A stretch of 64,000 nucleotides of DNA, taken from positions 83,080,001-83,144,000 of the forward strand of contig CM069132.1 of assembly GCA_035221665.1 (NCBI GenBank). The letters are read 5' to 3'. Shown here piece by piece: positions 1-14,207 of this stretch. Every line of letters starts with the position of its first letter. Position 1 is the stretch's first letter. Below the pieces are notes generated by a model. The model had not been told where the DNA came from. It worked only from the letters and a program-made list of their open reading frames with translations, and ran no database searches. This DNA is from Okamejei kenojei (taxonomy: Eukaryota). The translations under genes were made by a program, and so were the position numbers.

Positions 1-637
1 GAGTTGTTCCCCTTTACATGGGGGACCTGGGTTGAGAGTGTTGCACGAGGGTGGGGTTTGTAATAGACTTTTGAGCGGTTCACGGGCTCGTCCGGCAGCA
101 AGTTGTAATTTCTGGTGGCGAGACAAAGAGATCGTGTTCACGTGGTATATTGGTGGCTTGTGAGAGGCTACGTGCCCCTGTACCAGTATCTGAAGGGGTT
201 GTTCCTCAAGTTCTGTTGCATTTTAGTCCCACGATTCTAGTGTTGGACACAAGGCAGGGAGTGGGGAGAGGGAAAACGAGTGGGGGGGGGGGGAACTTCC
301 CTGGTCGGTTTTGCTTTCCTGGGCCTGGCCAAGCATGGCCATTCGTGGGTCCAGGCAGCGGGGCGGTCGTTGGTCGGCTTGAGTCGGCTGCTGCCCCTTT
401 CGGGCTACGTCCGTTTTAGTGCACTGTGTGTCCCTGGAGCTAGGGAACATGCGGTGTCCACGGGATTGAGAGTCCTTCGTTGGGCGTGGTCACCGCGTGG
501 GGTTCAGTGTATTGTGAACAATGATTGAATTGTGCATGCTCGTTTACTATAATGGTTGTCTATGTGCCATTTTTGATTATGGTTTGATGTGTTGTATTAT
601 ATGATTGTGTAAAATAAAGTTTTTGAAAAAAAAAAAA
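1..637 (+). mobile_element. 3' end of a degraded Tx1/L1-clade LINE with poly(A) tail
   Basis: The ORF 280-528 peptide (LGLAK..GYVR..EHAVSTG..W.PRGVQCIV) resembles a Tx1 ORF2 C-terminus. AATAAA at ~612 is followed by an A-run at 626-637. Confidence 0.65.
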
Positions 638-707
638 GAGAGCACAGAGACAGAGACAGAGGACAGAGACAGAGACAGAGACAGAGACAGAGACAGAGAC
701 AGAGACA
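638..707 (+). repeat. (GACAGA)n microsatellite
   Basis: Tandem hexamer directly after the LINE poly(A). Confidence 0.95.
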
Positions 708-1439
708 ACAAATGAATACACACCTAGATCAGTTTTATAAGTATAGAGATATAATTTGGTATGATAATGTAGACAACAAGATTGATCATTTAGTGTGCCA
801 TGTGAACTTGAGTCAGCTTGTGTTAACGATGTGATGGTCTCTAGTGAGCCATAAGCCTCATATAAAGTGGCTCTAGGTAGTCAATTCAATTTGAAATAGG
901 AGCGAGGCTAGGGCACAAAAGTGACGTTGGTTCAATATACCAAGTTGCACTTTTGCTCACAGAAGATACAGAAACCATATAGGTTGCATGGGCAAAAATA
1001 ACTCTCATTAATATTGCTCATTCAATGTCCTCGAGATATTTTAAAGTACTACCTAGCCAGGAAATTACTTAATTGAAGAATCATGTCTAAACCAGCTGCC
1101 AGAGGCTAGCTGTCCATGCTTGCTTCTGACCTAAATAATGCATTGAAACTTGCCTCTATGAAGCACCCACTAACTTGCTCATGAGTTCCATCATAATCCA
1201 AAATGGTGAGATCCTGAGCAAAATAAAACTAACATTAGGGAATGGAAACCGATGAGGGGTTAGGAGGACATGCTCAACTTGTCAAGTGTTTAAAATATTT
1301 ATAGATGTCCTCTATTCATAAACATTCAAACATGTTCTAAGACTATAAAACATTGATGGAATAAAGTTTCAAAGTATATAAAGAATAAAAATGTACACAA
1401 CTGCCAGAGGAAGTGGTAGAGGTACAATAACAATAGTAG

Positions 1440-1605
1440 ACGACTTTTGTACAGGTACATGGATAGAAAATGCTTAGAGGAACATGAGCCAGGAGAAGGC
1501 AAATGGCAGTCGTATGGATAGGGCATCTTGGTTGGCATGGACTAGTTGGGTCAAACGGCCTACTTCTATGTACTTCAAGTACAGTATTACTATGTCTATG
1601 ACTCA
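1440..1605 (+). mobile_element. CR1-type LINE 3' end fragment
   Basis: acaggtacatggatag...ggcatcttggttggcatggac...ctatgactc tail; similar copies at 14235-14380 (+) and 18750-18880 (-). Confidence 0.6.
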
Positions 1606-1809
1606 TTCATTCTAGAAAATGCACTTAAACCATGATCTCTCATATTTGTTTCCATTGAAATGAAGGAATTGGCTGTTCCAATGTGATGCAATTCAATTCC
1701 ATTACAGGTTCAAAGGGTGCTTTCCAATAGAGTTACAGGTAAAATGCAGCATTCAATTAATAAAATAGTGAACGATCACAGCACTGGAATGAATACTATC
1801 TCTCCTATG

Positions 1810-2309
1810 NNNNNNNNNNNNNNNNNNNNNNNNNNNNNNNNNNNNNNNNNNNNNNNNNNNNNNNNNNNNNNNNNNNNNNNNNNNNNNNNNNNNNNNNNNN
1901 NNNNNNNNNNNNNNNNNNNNNNNNNNNNNNNNNNNNNNNNNNNNNNNNNNNNNNNNNNNNNNNNNNNNNNNNNNNNNNNNNNNNNNNNNNNNNNNNNNNN
2001 NNNNNNNNNNNNNNNNNNNNNNNNNNNNNNNNNNNNNNNNNNNNNNNNNNNNNNNNNNNNNNNNNNNNNNNNNNNNNNNNNNNNNNNNNNNNNNNNNNNN
2101 NNNNNNNNNNNNNNNNNNNNNNNNNNNNNNNNNNNNNNNNNNNNNNNNNNNNNNNNNNNNNNNNNNNNNNNNNNNNNNNNNNNNNNNNNNNNNNNNNNNN
2201 NNNNNNNNNNNNNNNNNNNNNNNNNNNNNNNNNNNNNNNNNNNNNNNNNNNNNNNNNNNNNNNNNNNNNNNNNNNNNNNNNNNNNNNNNNNNNNNNNNNN
2301 NNNNNNNNN
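1810..2309. other. Assembly gap (500 N)
   Basis: Run of N. Confidence 1.
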
Positions 2310-5300
2310 ACCCCCCCCCCCCCCCAAACTTTTGAAGTTGGGATAGCCTTGAATTGAAAGGCAGGGTGTGAGAGGAATTGATTTTGAAGGTGAGCTTAAG
2401 GGGGGGAGGACGTGATACGCAATTGCATGTTTTGTGAAATGGGTGAAGTTTAGTTTGTGCACATGTTGATTTAATTGATGATGGAAGAGAGTTGAATGTA
2501 ATGTGTAGGGGGAGGGGTGATGTTAGTTTGAAAGTTGATGTGTGAAGTTTGGGAGGTGGGTTTCGAGGGTTTTGCGGTTTGAGTGGGGGAGGGGGTGGAG
2601 GGGTTGTTTGAAGTGACTGACGGAGGGGGGGGCTTAATTAACAGGTGATGAAGTTTTTGAATATGACAGAGTGTTTTGTTTAGGGGGGAGGGCGTTGTGA
2701 ATGAATGAAGAGTTGAATTATGTTGTGATGAAGCGGTGAATGTATGGAGGGTGTCTTGCTTGTGTGATTGTAGTGGTGCCCGTGGGGGTGTGTGGGATTC
2801 ACTTTGATGTGACAAAGGACTATTGGGAAAAGTGTATGGTGTATTTGGATAGCAGTTGAAACTGAAAAAGTTTTTATGTGAGGGGGTGTGAGTTTGGAGT
2901 GGGGGGTTGGGGTTGGGTTTTATTGATCATGCGTGGAGTGTGAAGGAGACTGAAGGGTGGAATGACGGGCTGAAGGGAAGGGCGAAGTAGGGGGTAAGAC
3001 GGGTTTCGTGTTGTCGGGGAAGGGTGAATGAATTCGGAGAGGTGTTGTGAGTGGAGTCGGGGTGGGGGTGAGAAAAACTGAGAATGGGCAGGGACGGTCA
3101 AGGGTGGTTGTTGATGTGAGGGGGAGGGTTGTGAGAAATGGTGAACGGCGAACTTTCGTGTGGATGGGGATGGGGCAGTCGGAATGTTTGAATGTGAGGG
3201 GGGATGTGGGGATTATTGTGATTGTGATAATGTGAATTTGGAACAGTTGGGGGGGTGGGTTTGCGTGGGTGAGGGCAATCTGTGGGGGTGAGGGGGGACT
3301 GAGGGTGGCCCTTTGCTGTATTGGGGGGGTTGGTTGCGTTTGTGAAGGGGGGGGGAAAGGGTGATGAATGGTGAACGCTTTGATGGACTAGGGTTGGATT
3401 GTGTGAATATGGGACCCAGGGTTGAAATGAAAGAACGCAGTTTAGGGCGTGTGAGATGAAAAGTAAAATTGTGTTAGGTGGGAGGGTGTGTGGAATGGAG
3501 GCGGGGTTTTGTGAAGTGATTTTATAAATAGCTTGTGTGAGGAAAGTTGATCCTTGAGGCGAAGGGGGAGGAGAGAGCGGTTGTGAGGGGTTGGTTGAAA
3601 TGTGTGAGTTAGGGACTAATTGAAGTCGACGGGGGTTGGGGGGGTTGTTTGTTTTGTGTGAGGTGAGGGAGGGGTTGAGGCTGTGTACATGGGTGTAAGT
3701 GATAACAGGATGGACCCCTGGGACTTGACGCTATAGGTTTTCTGGTTGCACTGGATAGGGATTGGTGAAGTGACTGGGGGTATTATGTGATTGTTGTGTT
3801 GACTGTTGGTGCCAGTGTCTGCAAGATTGAATGACCCTCAATGTGAACCAGACGGGGGAGGTCAGGGAGGGGATGTTTGAAATTAGGGTGAAGGAACAGT
3901 TGGAGTTGAACTTGAAGTTGAGAGGGGGTAGATGCTTGTGTTGAATTTTTGATGGTAGTGTAAGGGTAAGAACGTGTGCGGGGGTGTGGTAGTGAATTTA
4001 CGTGTGAAGTGAATACCCAATAGCTGGAATCTGATTGTGATGAAGTTGGAGAGCTATGTGGTCAGCGGAGGGGAGGTGTTGAAGTGATGAGTTTGGATGG
4101 GATTCTGTGTACCCGCGATCCTTGGTGTGTAAGTCGTGTATTTAGATGTCGCATTAGTTTTGTGATCATGAAGGAAAGTGGTGGGCATACCCCGCCGAAT
4201 CGTTGGATAGTGGAAATTGGAAGTTGTGTTGACCCGTGATATGAATGGAATTTAAAGTTTGAGGGGGGTGGGGCTTTGGTTGAGGGGTTTGAGTGGGGGG
4301 TTGAGTGCCGGGTTGACGGCGCCGGGGGCGTGTTGTAATAACGGGGGGTGCGATGGGAGTATTTATTGGTGACCGTCGATGGGGGTTGAGAAGTTTGGGT
4401 TCTTTGGATGTATGTGAGGGGGTTATTTAACTCGGGCGAGGGGGGGGGAGTGGGTTGGGGTCAGGGAGTGGGGAGGTGGGAAGTATCTAAAATGTTCGTT
4501 TTGGCATTGAAGAGTGTGGTGTGGAAGGGCAGCTGGAATATGTGATAGCGTAAGAACTTTGATATGTAGAGTTCTGCGAGTGATGGGTGAGGGTGGAATG
4601 TTCTGTTAACAATTTTGTGGATGTTGTGTTATGAACGTTTGAAGAATGAAATAGTAAGGTGAGGGGGGTGGTGTTGGGTTGAAGGGGTTGGTCGTGTGGG
4701 GGGGTGTAGGCGAGGGGTGGGGGGTTTGGTGGAGTCTCCAGGGGGGGCTGTTTCGGGTTGGGGGTGGGTTGCGTTTGTGAGGGCGATACGATTTATCGGG
4801 GCTTTTTGGGGAGGGTTGTGTGTGGGATGGGGCAGTGGCTATAGGGGTGATGGGCATGGGTGGAGATGATTTTGAGGATTGTGTGGGAGGATTTGTGGTG
4901 TTTCCGCTGTTGGAGGGTTGTCTGCTGTACAGTGGACTTATTCGTGATAGGTGATAATTTGTCTCCTGCGATAGTAGTTGATGAAGGTTGTGGATGTGGG
5001 TGATTAGGTTGTGTGGGATAACTAAAGTTTGAAAAATCACCAGTACTATTTGAATAGTGCGAAATTGTTGTGTTCTTCGATTAATGACGTGTCTGGGAAC
5101 GAAGGTCTAGTGAACACACTGTATTTGTGTCGGGGGGTAGGGTGATATTCAAGTGGAATGATCTCTTGACAACGTGAGATAGTGAGTAACATCGGTGAAG
5201 TGGAGGGGGGGGTTGTGTGGTATAGGGGGAGGGTGGTGGTGTGCGTGATCGGGTAGGGACCGGAAGTCTAGTGGTGGTACGAATGGGATACCCTAAATGT

Positions 5301-8300
5301 TTTGTATTGCGGGATGGCATAAGTTGTGGGGTATGGGGCTGGGTGTTGTCGCGACTCGGGGGTTGATGGGGTTTGAAGTGTGGGGTTGTTGTTGGGTTCC
5401 TGTGAGTGTGGTGGGAGCGCGGCGGAGGGAGGAAGGTCCGAGGGGGGGGCAAGGTCGTGAGGGGGGGGGAAGTGGTATTGTGAGGTGTGGTGGTGCGGCG
5501 TGGTGGAGTTGAGAGTAGTTGGGGGGTTTGGATTACTAACTGAAGGCGTCTGGGGGGGGTGCGGTGCGGGGCGTTGGTGTCGGCCGAAGGGTGGACGTGT
5601 GAAAGTGAGGGGGGGGGTTTTGGTTCTTGTACGTGGTGTTTGAGGGAGAGGGACGAGGGGGTTGAGTGTGTCAGTGCTGTGATTAGTAAGTGTTGAAGTG
5701 AGGGGGTGGGTTTTTGTGTCCCGGTTGTCACTAGGGTGTTGTGATGTATGTTGGGATGTTGCTATTGCAAGGAATAATGGAGGGTGTGAAGTTGTTTGAA
5801 GGGATTCGTTAGTGATTGATGTGTATGAGAAGGGTGATGATAGGTGAGTCGATGATTTGTGATGAAGTTGGAGGACGTGGGACAGGGTGGAGGTGAATGG
5901 TTGTGTGAAGGGGGAATCATGGTGGTATGTATTAGACGCAATTGGGATTGGTTCCGCAGGGGGTGGAAGTGTGTGGCTGGGGCGGGGGTGGTGAGTTTGA
6001 AGGTAAACAGTCGGCATCCTTGATTGAAAAACGTGAGTGACACAAGCACAAAAGGCACAGATTGTCGAAGGGTGCCGTGGTGCGGTGAAGTGTTGAAACT
6101 GTGAGACAAGGGTGTGGGGGTTGCGTTTTTTCGGGGTTCGGGGTTGGTTTTGGGCGGTTTGAGTGGTGGATGGTGGGGTTTGCCCTGGTGAAGTTAGTGC
6201 AGATGTGAATGTGTGGGGGTGAATGAAAATGTGACATAAAAGAATGTGTGAAGTCTTGAATGCCACCCTGCTGAGGCCCCCCCCCCCCCCCCCCCCCTAC
6301 GCCCCCCCACAGGCCCCCTCCAGGCCCCCATCCATATAACGTTTCGAAACGCTGTTGAAAGTTCGGAGTGTGGGATTTGAAGTGGTGTTATGTCTGAACT
6401 AGCTTCAACAGTGACGGGGCTAGGGGGCATGGGGCCCGAGATTGGTTTGAGTGTTATGGTGAGGGGGAGACCATAATAAGCACCGACGCGGCAACGAGGG
6501 AATCCTGGGGTCTGTGAAGGAGGAGTGACTTTTGAGATAGTTCATCGTATAAATCCATACTATTTAAAAGCTCCGAGGGGGTTTTTTTGCCAGGAGGGGG
6601 GGGTTTGATGTAGGGCACGAGAGTCGGTGGGGGTGTTGAGTACATGATTGTGCTAGGTGGTTGTTTGAAAGTAGTTACTATGAACATGTCGGAGGGGGTT
6701 TGCGGGGGGAGAGGGTTGGCTGGTGAAAGTTTGAATGTGAACGTGGCCCTGAGGGGCTGAAGGTGACCTTATCGTGTGTTGTTTGATCTGAATTCTGAAA
6801 GGGTATAATGCTCAGTTGGCCAAAGTGTTCTTTTTGTGTTTTGTGTTGAGGTGAAGTGGAAAACTGAAGTAACTACCGAGGAGTTTAGGGAGTAGGGTAG
6901 GAGACGCGTGGGGATGGAGGAGTGTAACAGTTGATGAATTACTTTCTCTTTGAAGTTTGATAGACGTGAGAAGCCATCCTATCGTTGACTGATGAACGTG
7001 TGGACCTGCATTGCTTATACTGATTAGATGTGTACTCGAGGGGGTTGCCGGTCCCAGGAAATGAACGTGCAGTAGAGGGTGTTAAGAACCGTGAGAGTGA
7101 TGGGGGGTTTTTTGAGTGATTTGGTTTTGACGAGTAAGTGTAGGCTTTGCGGGCTTTTTTTGGTTTTGGTTGTAGTTGTGGGGTCGCTTCAGCTAACCAA
7201 GCTTGATCCACGTAGATGCGGAGCAGAAAGTGTACGGGGGTAGTGACCCCTATTTGGGTGACAATTGCAAAGTGTATAGGGGGTTTGGGTATGAAGTACA
7301 CTGGTGAACGGTGGGGCTTTGAGTTGTCGTATTGTGGGTAAGTCGGTGGGGGGGGGGTGAGGGGGGATGGGGGTTGTAGTTGATGTGTGGGTACTGTATG
7401 ATTGTTCCTTGTATGGGTGTGGGAATGTGGCATTGCAAACTGTGACAGGTTTGTAGAGAGGGTGAAATGTCGGCGCGATGGGTAGATACCATGGGTTTGG
7501 GAATTGATGTGTGATGTGACTATAGGGTAGTTTGTGTTTTGTATGTATTGTGTTATTGTGAACCCATTTGTGTCGGGGTGTTGTGGAATTGAATTGCAAT
7601 TGTGATTTTTGAATTGAACGTGAGTAGTTGTTGACAGTTGAGGGAGTTTGAATCATGTAAGTGAGGGCGGCCAAAGGAAGTTGAAGTAATGTGAAAGGTG
7701 ATGAATTGTTGTGAAAAGAATTGTGAAGTGTGGATAGGGTGGAACTGGGGAGGTGTGAAGTTGAGGAACGTTTTTTGAAAGTAATTGCATGTATTAAGTG
7801 TGTGTGGATTTGTGAAAGTTGTTTAGTGAAAGGGGTTTGGGTTGCAGTCGTGTTGAATGAATGTTAAAAGGTAGTGTGAAGTTGTTTGGGTTGAAGCTGA
7901 AAGGTAGAGGGGTAGTAGGAGTGGTGCAAGATGAGAAGGGGGAAGGGGGTGAGGGTGTGATGGAGGGGAAGAGAGTTGGAGGAGGGGGAGGGAGAGGGTA
8001 GGAGGAGGAGAGGCTGAGGAGAGAGGGAGATGGAGAGAGGGGTAAGGAGGTGAGGGGAGGGGGCAGGGGGAGGGGTGTTGAGAGTGATGACGAGGGTGTG
8101 ACTGAATGTGAATTTGTTGAATGTTGATAGAGTGAAGGGGGGGAAGGTTTGATGTTGCGCGAGGGAGGAGGAGGGTGAAGCAGGGAGGGTGAACGATTGA
8201 AAGTTGAGGGGAGTTTGAAGTGGGTGAGGGACAAAGAGGGAAGGGAATTTGATGAGAGGGAGGTGTGGGGAGGCGAGATGGAAGGGCTGGGGTATGGGGG

Positions 8301-8500
8301 AGGAGAGAAGTGGAGAGTGGGGAGGGAGGGGGAGAGGTTGTAGGGGGATTGGTGGAAGTGGGAGAGAGGGAAGGGGATGGGGGGCGGTGGTGGTGTAAGA
8401 TGGAGGAGGCGGTAGGGGTAAGGGCGTCCGGGGGAAGGGGGGAGTGAGAAGAGGAAGGAGTGGGGATGGGAGGCGGGTCGAGTGAGGTTTAGGGGCCAGT
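2310..8500. other. G/T-skewed, C-poor sequence next to the gap; probably unpolished or noisy long-read sequence
   Basis: Strong strand skew, many G homopolymers, only Pro/Thr/His-rich spurious antisense ORFs, and an abrupt start at the gap. Confidence 0.7.
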
Positions 8501-8519
8501 GGTGGAGGAGAGAAGGCCA

Positions 8520-8859
8520 TAGGGAAAAAAAAGTGGAAGATGGCAGTGGGGAAATAGATCCATTCGAATGGACATCCTGGGTGAGCTTTGGGCAGTGTAA
8601 AACATCACACCAATGGACGTTTCACCAGCATTCTATGGGTGAGATTAATTTGATTTTTTTTTTTTTTAACATTTTGAAATATTGGAGGGTGGGGGGAAGG
8701 ATTTTTTTTTAATGTGTACGTAAAAAAAAAATGTTGCTAAATGTAATGAGGGAGAAAATTCGTTGTGAATGTAAAATGTGTAATGTTTAGCAAAATGGAA
8801 AAAATCCAGAGTTTGGCTTATGGTTTTGCGGACAATGGAATCAAATGGAATGTGACATA

Positions 8860-8891
<32 letters not shown>

Positions 8892-11800
8892 CAACACACA
8901 CACTCAAACCACACACACACACAAACACCACAACACACACACACACCACACACACGCACACACACAGAGTTTTACATATTAGACTAGACCAATGTGCAGA
9001 ACGTTGGGTCTGTTCCCCCAACGTGCGGTATTGTGGGGGGGGGGGGGGGGGGCCAGCATTTGGCATCACACTCACTACTTCCACCCCCACAACACGCTAA
9101 CTACCCCCTGCTATTATATTAAATATATTTTATTTGCTCCTTTTACCCCATAACCACCTTATCCACTGACGCCAGAGCCCCCCAACTCGCAGGCGTGTCT
9201 GGGGGGGGGGGGGCTTGTTAGAGAGTGAGGGCAGACAAGTGGGGAGAGGCAGAGAGAGGGGCAGGATGACAGAAGAGCAAGAGTACAGGGAGGGGGGTAG
9301 AGAGGGGTGGGGTGAGGGGCGAGAGGACTGAGTGGAAGAGGAGAGGAGGTGAGAGGAGGGGCGGGCTGGGGGGAGAGAGGGGCGGAAAGGGGAGGAGTGG
9401 GGATGGGGAGAAGAGAGGGGGGAGGAAGGAGGGGGAGGGTGGAGGTGGAGTAAAGAGGGGGTGCGGGGAGAGGGAGACAGTGGAAGGGGAGACAGAGGGG
9501 GGAGAGAGAGGAGGGGGAGGGACGAGAGGGAGGAGAATGGGGGAGTGGAGAGACGGTGGGGATGGAAAGGGGAAGAGAAAAAAAGTTGGGAGTGAGTGAG
9601 GGAGGAGAGGGGGGTAGCAGGGAGAGGTGCATGGAGAGAGGGGAAGGGCGTGGAGGGAGAATGGGAGGAAGTGGGTTGGGGAAGATGGGGGTGGGAGGGG
9701 GAGGTGGGAGAGGGACAGAGGAGAGGAGATGGAGGGTGGAGAGATGGGGGGGGGGAGCAGGGAGAGGGGTTGGGGGATGGGGGTGTGGGAGGGGGTTGAG
9801 AGGGGTTCGGGTGAGGGGGTGAGAGAGGGGTGGGGAGGGGTACGGGGGGAGTGAGAGGTGGGAGAGGGGAGAGGGGAGGAGGTAGGATGGGGAGGGGAGG
9901 GAGGAAGGAGAGAGAGGGGGAAAGGGGGGGGGGGGGGGGGGGAAGTGTGCGGGATGAGGGGGGAGGGGAGAGAGAGAGGGAATGCGGCAGGGAGTGGGTA
10001 GTTGGGTAGGGGAACGGGGAAAGTTGGTAGAGTAGAGTTGGGAGGGAAGTGGAGAGTGTTAGGGGCATCGTGGTGAGAAGAGGGACAGGGGGGAGGGTGG
10101 AAGAGGATCGGGTGGAGGGAAGGGTGGTCCCCGTGAGGGAAGGTGGGGGGGAGAGAGGGATGGGGTGGCAGGGAGGAGGGGAGAGGGGGAGGAGAGAGGG
10201 GTGGGAAGGAGAGAGGGATAGGGAGATGGGGAGAGGGAGAGCGGTAAGGTGTGGGGAGGGGGGAGGGAGGAGGGAGCAGAGGAGAGAGATGGCGGGTTAG
10301 GGGGAGGGAGATGGGGTAGGGGGGGAGGGGGAAGAGTATGGAGGGAGGGGGAAGAGTATGGAGGGGAGGGGGATGAGGGGTGGGGGGAAAGAGAGGGGAA
10401 AGAGTGTGCGGAGGTAGGTGGGGAGGGGGGCGCTAGGGGCAGTCCATCTATTCCCCACTTTGCTATCACCCCCAACCAATCCTCTTTTTTCCCTTCTATC
10501 TCCCACACTCCGTGATTTTGCGCTATGACACAGGATGCAGGGGGAGGGTTTGGACGGGGGGGGGGGGGGGGGGGGCCTGGAGCTGGAGCAAAGGGCAGAT
10601 GTAAATGAGATCCATTCGATTGGACATCTGTAAGCATTGGACATTGTGACACACACGATGGAACGTTCACCAACATTCTATGGGTGAGAGCAGTTTGATT
10701 TTTTTTAACTTTTTCAAATATTGGGGGGTGGGGAAGGATTTTATTAACATACAAATGTCTAAATGTAATGAGGTGCATTAGTGAATGTAAAAGCATAATG
10801 TCTACAAAATATGAAAAAAATTGCGGTGTTTGAGCTTCTGGTTTTGGCGGACCATGGAATCAAAGGGCAAAAATGTTATCTGAAAAAAAAGGAACTTAAG
10901 TACCAGATTATTGTACTTACTTCTAACAAAAATAAACAAAAAAAAAAGAAAAAAAAGGAATGTNNNNNNNNNNNNNNNNNNNNNNNNNNNNNNNNNNNNN
11001 NNNNNNNNNNNNNNNNNNNNNNNNNNNNNNNNNNNNNNNNNNNNNNNNNNNNNNNNNNNNNNNNNNNNNNNNNNNNNNNNNNNNNNNNNNNNNNNNNNNN
11101 NNNNNNNNNNNNNNNNNNNNNNNNNNNNNNNGTACAGACCCATTGGGTCTGTTCCCACAACGTGCAGTTGCAGGGGGGGGGGGGGAGCATTTGGCATTAT
11201 ATTAATGTTATTAATTTGCTTGACATTATATTAATGTTATTAATTTGCTCCTTTTACCCCATAACCACCCTATCCATTGACGTAGAGCCCCCAACTCGCA
11301 AGCGCGTCTAGAGGGGGTGGGGTGGGGGGTGTTAAAGAGTGAGGGCAGAGAGAGAATGGGGAGAGACAGAGAGAGAGGGGCAGAGGCCAAAGGGCAGAGA
11401 GAGGGAGAGGGGGTGGTGGAGATATGGAGGAAAGTTGGGGATGGGGGAGAGAATGAGGGGAGTGATGGGGACCGAGAAGGGATATAGTGGGAGAAGGGAG
11501 GGAGCGTGGGGAGGGGGGAAGTAGAGAGAGGGGGATGAGGATGTGGGGTATGGGAAGAGAGCAGGGAGGGTTAAAGGGGAGACAGGGGTGAGACAGGGGT
11601 AGGGGGAAGAGGGTGGTAAGAGGGTGAGGGGGTGGCTGGTGGGTGAGGGGGGTAGAGAAGGGCGGGCGGGGAGGGGAAAAGGAGAGGAGACGTGGAAGAG
11701 GGGGGGTGGATGTGAGGAGCGACGGAGTGGGGGGAGAAGTAGGTAGGAAGAGGGGACGAGGAGAAGTGAGTGGTGAGGTGGAGAGAGAGAGGGGAGCGAG

Positions 11801-14156
11801 AGGGGAAGAGGTGGAGGTGGAGGGAGAGCAGGTAGAGTGGAGTGAGAGAGTGAGAATGGGAGACAGGGAGGGTGCAAGTGAGATGAGTAGAAATGGAGGG
11901 AGATGAGAGAGTGGGGAGGGGAGAAAGAGGGTGGTGAGGAGGGGGAGAGAGGGGGAGGAGTGGAGAGGGGAGAGAGGAGAGATGGTGGAGAGGGTGGAGA
12001 GAAGGGAGGGTGGTGGAGTGGGGGGAGGGAGAGGGGTAGAGGGGATGAGAGAGGTTCGGGGAGGGGGTGAGAGCATAGGGGGAGGGAGAGTGCAAGAGAA
12101 AGAGGAAGGAGTTGATAGAGAAAGTGAATGGTTGATGGAGGTGTGAGTGGGGGGCAAGAGAGTTTGGGGAGGGGGTGGGAGGAGAGGAGGGAGAGAGGGG
12201 AGGGTAAGTTGGTGAGAGTGAGGGGAGGAGGGAGTGATGCGGAGGTGAAGAGGGGAGAGGAGATAGCTAGAATGAAGAAGGGCTGAGGGAGAGTGGAGAA
12301 GAGGGTGGAGGAGGTAAAGAGTGAGGACAGTGTTGAAGTGGGCATAGTTGGATTGATAGCGGTGGGGAGAGGGGAAGAGAGAGAGGGTTCGGGGAGGGAG
12401 AGAGAGAGGGGTGGCGGTAGTGAGGAATGAGGAAGAGTGGAAGTTGAGGGGAGGGTGGGGAAAGTGTGGGGGGAGGAGAGGGTAGGAGGGGCTATTTGGA
12501 GAGATGTGGCTGAGGTGTCACGAAGGGGTGGGCCAGGTGTGTCGGGAGGGGGAGGGGTAAGGGAGTCAGGGAGTAATGCCGCTGGGGGTGTCTGCTAGCA
12601 GTGGGGGAGAGTTTAGGCGGAAGATGGGGATTGTGAGGCCTGCTGGGCTCGCGTGAGTGATTCGGTAAGGGAGGGGAGAAGAGTAGGTAGGTCCAGAGAG
12701 GGTGCTCGGAGAGCTGGAAGTGGAGGTGGGGTGCGAGAGAGGACTGGTGACTTAGGGTGTTCTACCCTAGGGCAGGATGGGTTGATGGGTTGTGTGGGGT
12801 GTTGAGAGAAGCGGGGATTTTGTTTTTGGGGGAGGATGTTGTTAGGGTGTATGTGTTTTTTGGGGTGAGATCATGGGGAGGTGGGGTGCATGTGTGGGAG
12901 AGAGGGTGTGGGGAGGGAGAGGGGTTGGGAAGAGGGAGCACACGGGGTGGGAAAGGGAAGAGGGGGTGGTTGGGAAAGTGGGTGTGGGAAGGGTGTGGAG
13001 TAGAGGAAGAGTGGGTGTTAGAGTTTACAGGGGAGAGAGTGCTGAGACAGAAGGGGAAGGGGAGGATCTGAGGGGGTGAGAGGAGGGAGATGGGGGGAGA
13101 GGGTGGGAGAGGGACTGAGGGAGTAGAGAGGGAGGGGGGAGGAGAGTTGGGTGAAGGGTGAGAGTGGAAGAAGACGAGTGAGGGTAATGATGAGGAGAGA
13201 GGGAAGTGGCAGGAGAGGGGAAGGAGAGGGATGAGGGGAAAAGTGAGAGAAGGGAGGGGTGAGAGTAAAGAGCTGGTGTGGGTGGAGAGAGGGGAGAGGG
13301 GGGGGAGAGGAGGGCTAGTGGAGGAGAGGTAGTTGAGAGAGTAGAGGAGAGAGATGGGGTTAGGGGCTGGGAGATGGGGTAGGGGAGGGAGGGGAAAGAG
13401 AAGATAAAGACAGTAGTGAGAGGGGGAGAGGGGCGTGGGGGGAAAGAGAGGGGATAAGAGTGCGGAGGTAGAGTGTGGAGGGGAGAGGGGGTGCAAGGGG
13501 CAGTCCTTCTATTCCCCACTCGCATTCACCCCCAATCCTCTTTCTGTATTCCCACACATGTGATAATGCGCTTCGACACAGGCTGTGGGGGGAGGGGTGG
13601 GGGGGGGGTGCTGGAGCTGGAGCTGGAGCAAAGGCAGATGTAAATGAGATCCATTCCGATTGGACATCTGTGAGCACTGGGCATTGTGACACACACGATG
13701 GACCATTCACCAACATTCTATGGGTGAGAGCAGTTTGATTTTTTTTAACTTTTTCAAATTTTTGGGGGGGGGGGTGGATTTTATTAACTTAAAAATGTCT
13801 AAATGTAATGAGGAGTGCATTAATGAATGTAAAAGCGTAATGTCTAGCAAAATATGGAAAAAAGGCGGCGTTTGAACTTCTGGTTTTGGCGGACCATGGA
13901 ATCATAGGGCAAAAATTTTATCTGAAAAAAAAATGGAACTGAAGTACCAGACTATTGTACTTACTTCTAACAAAAATAAATGAAAAAAAAAGAAAAAAAA
14001 AAAATGGAATGTGACATACACCACAGTGCTCTCCTCTCTCTTCTCTCTCTCACTCACACTCACACACGCACGCACAGCACCACGAACACGCATCACGCAC
14101 TCGGCACACGCACACGCACACACACGCTAGCTACGCGCACACATCACACACATCAC

Positions 14157-14207
<51 letters not shown>

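Noticed and set aside
1717-2462. ORFs spanning N-runs (also 10802-11311 and 45111-45522)
   Set aside because: They are open only because N codons contain no stops.
2310-13740. Many long Pro/Ser/Leu/Thr-rich and Gly/Glu/Arg-rich ORFs
   Set aside because: By-products of G-rich low-complexity, probably noisy sequence; no domain-like content.
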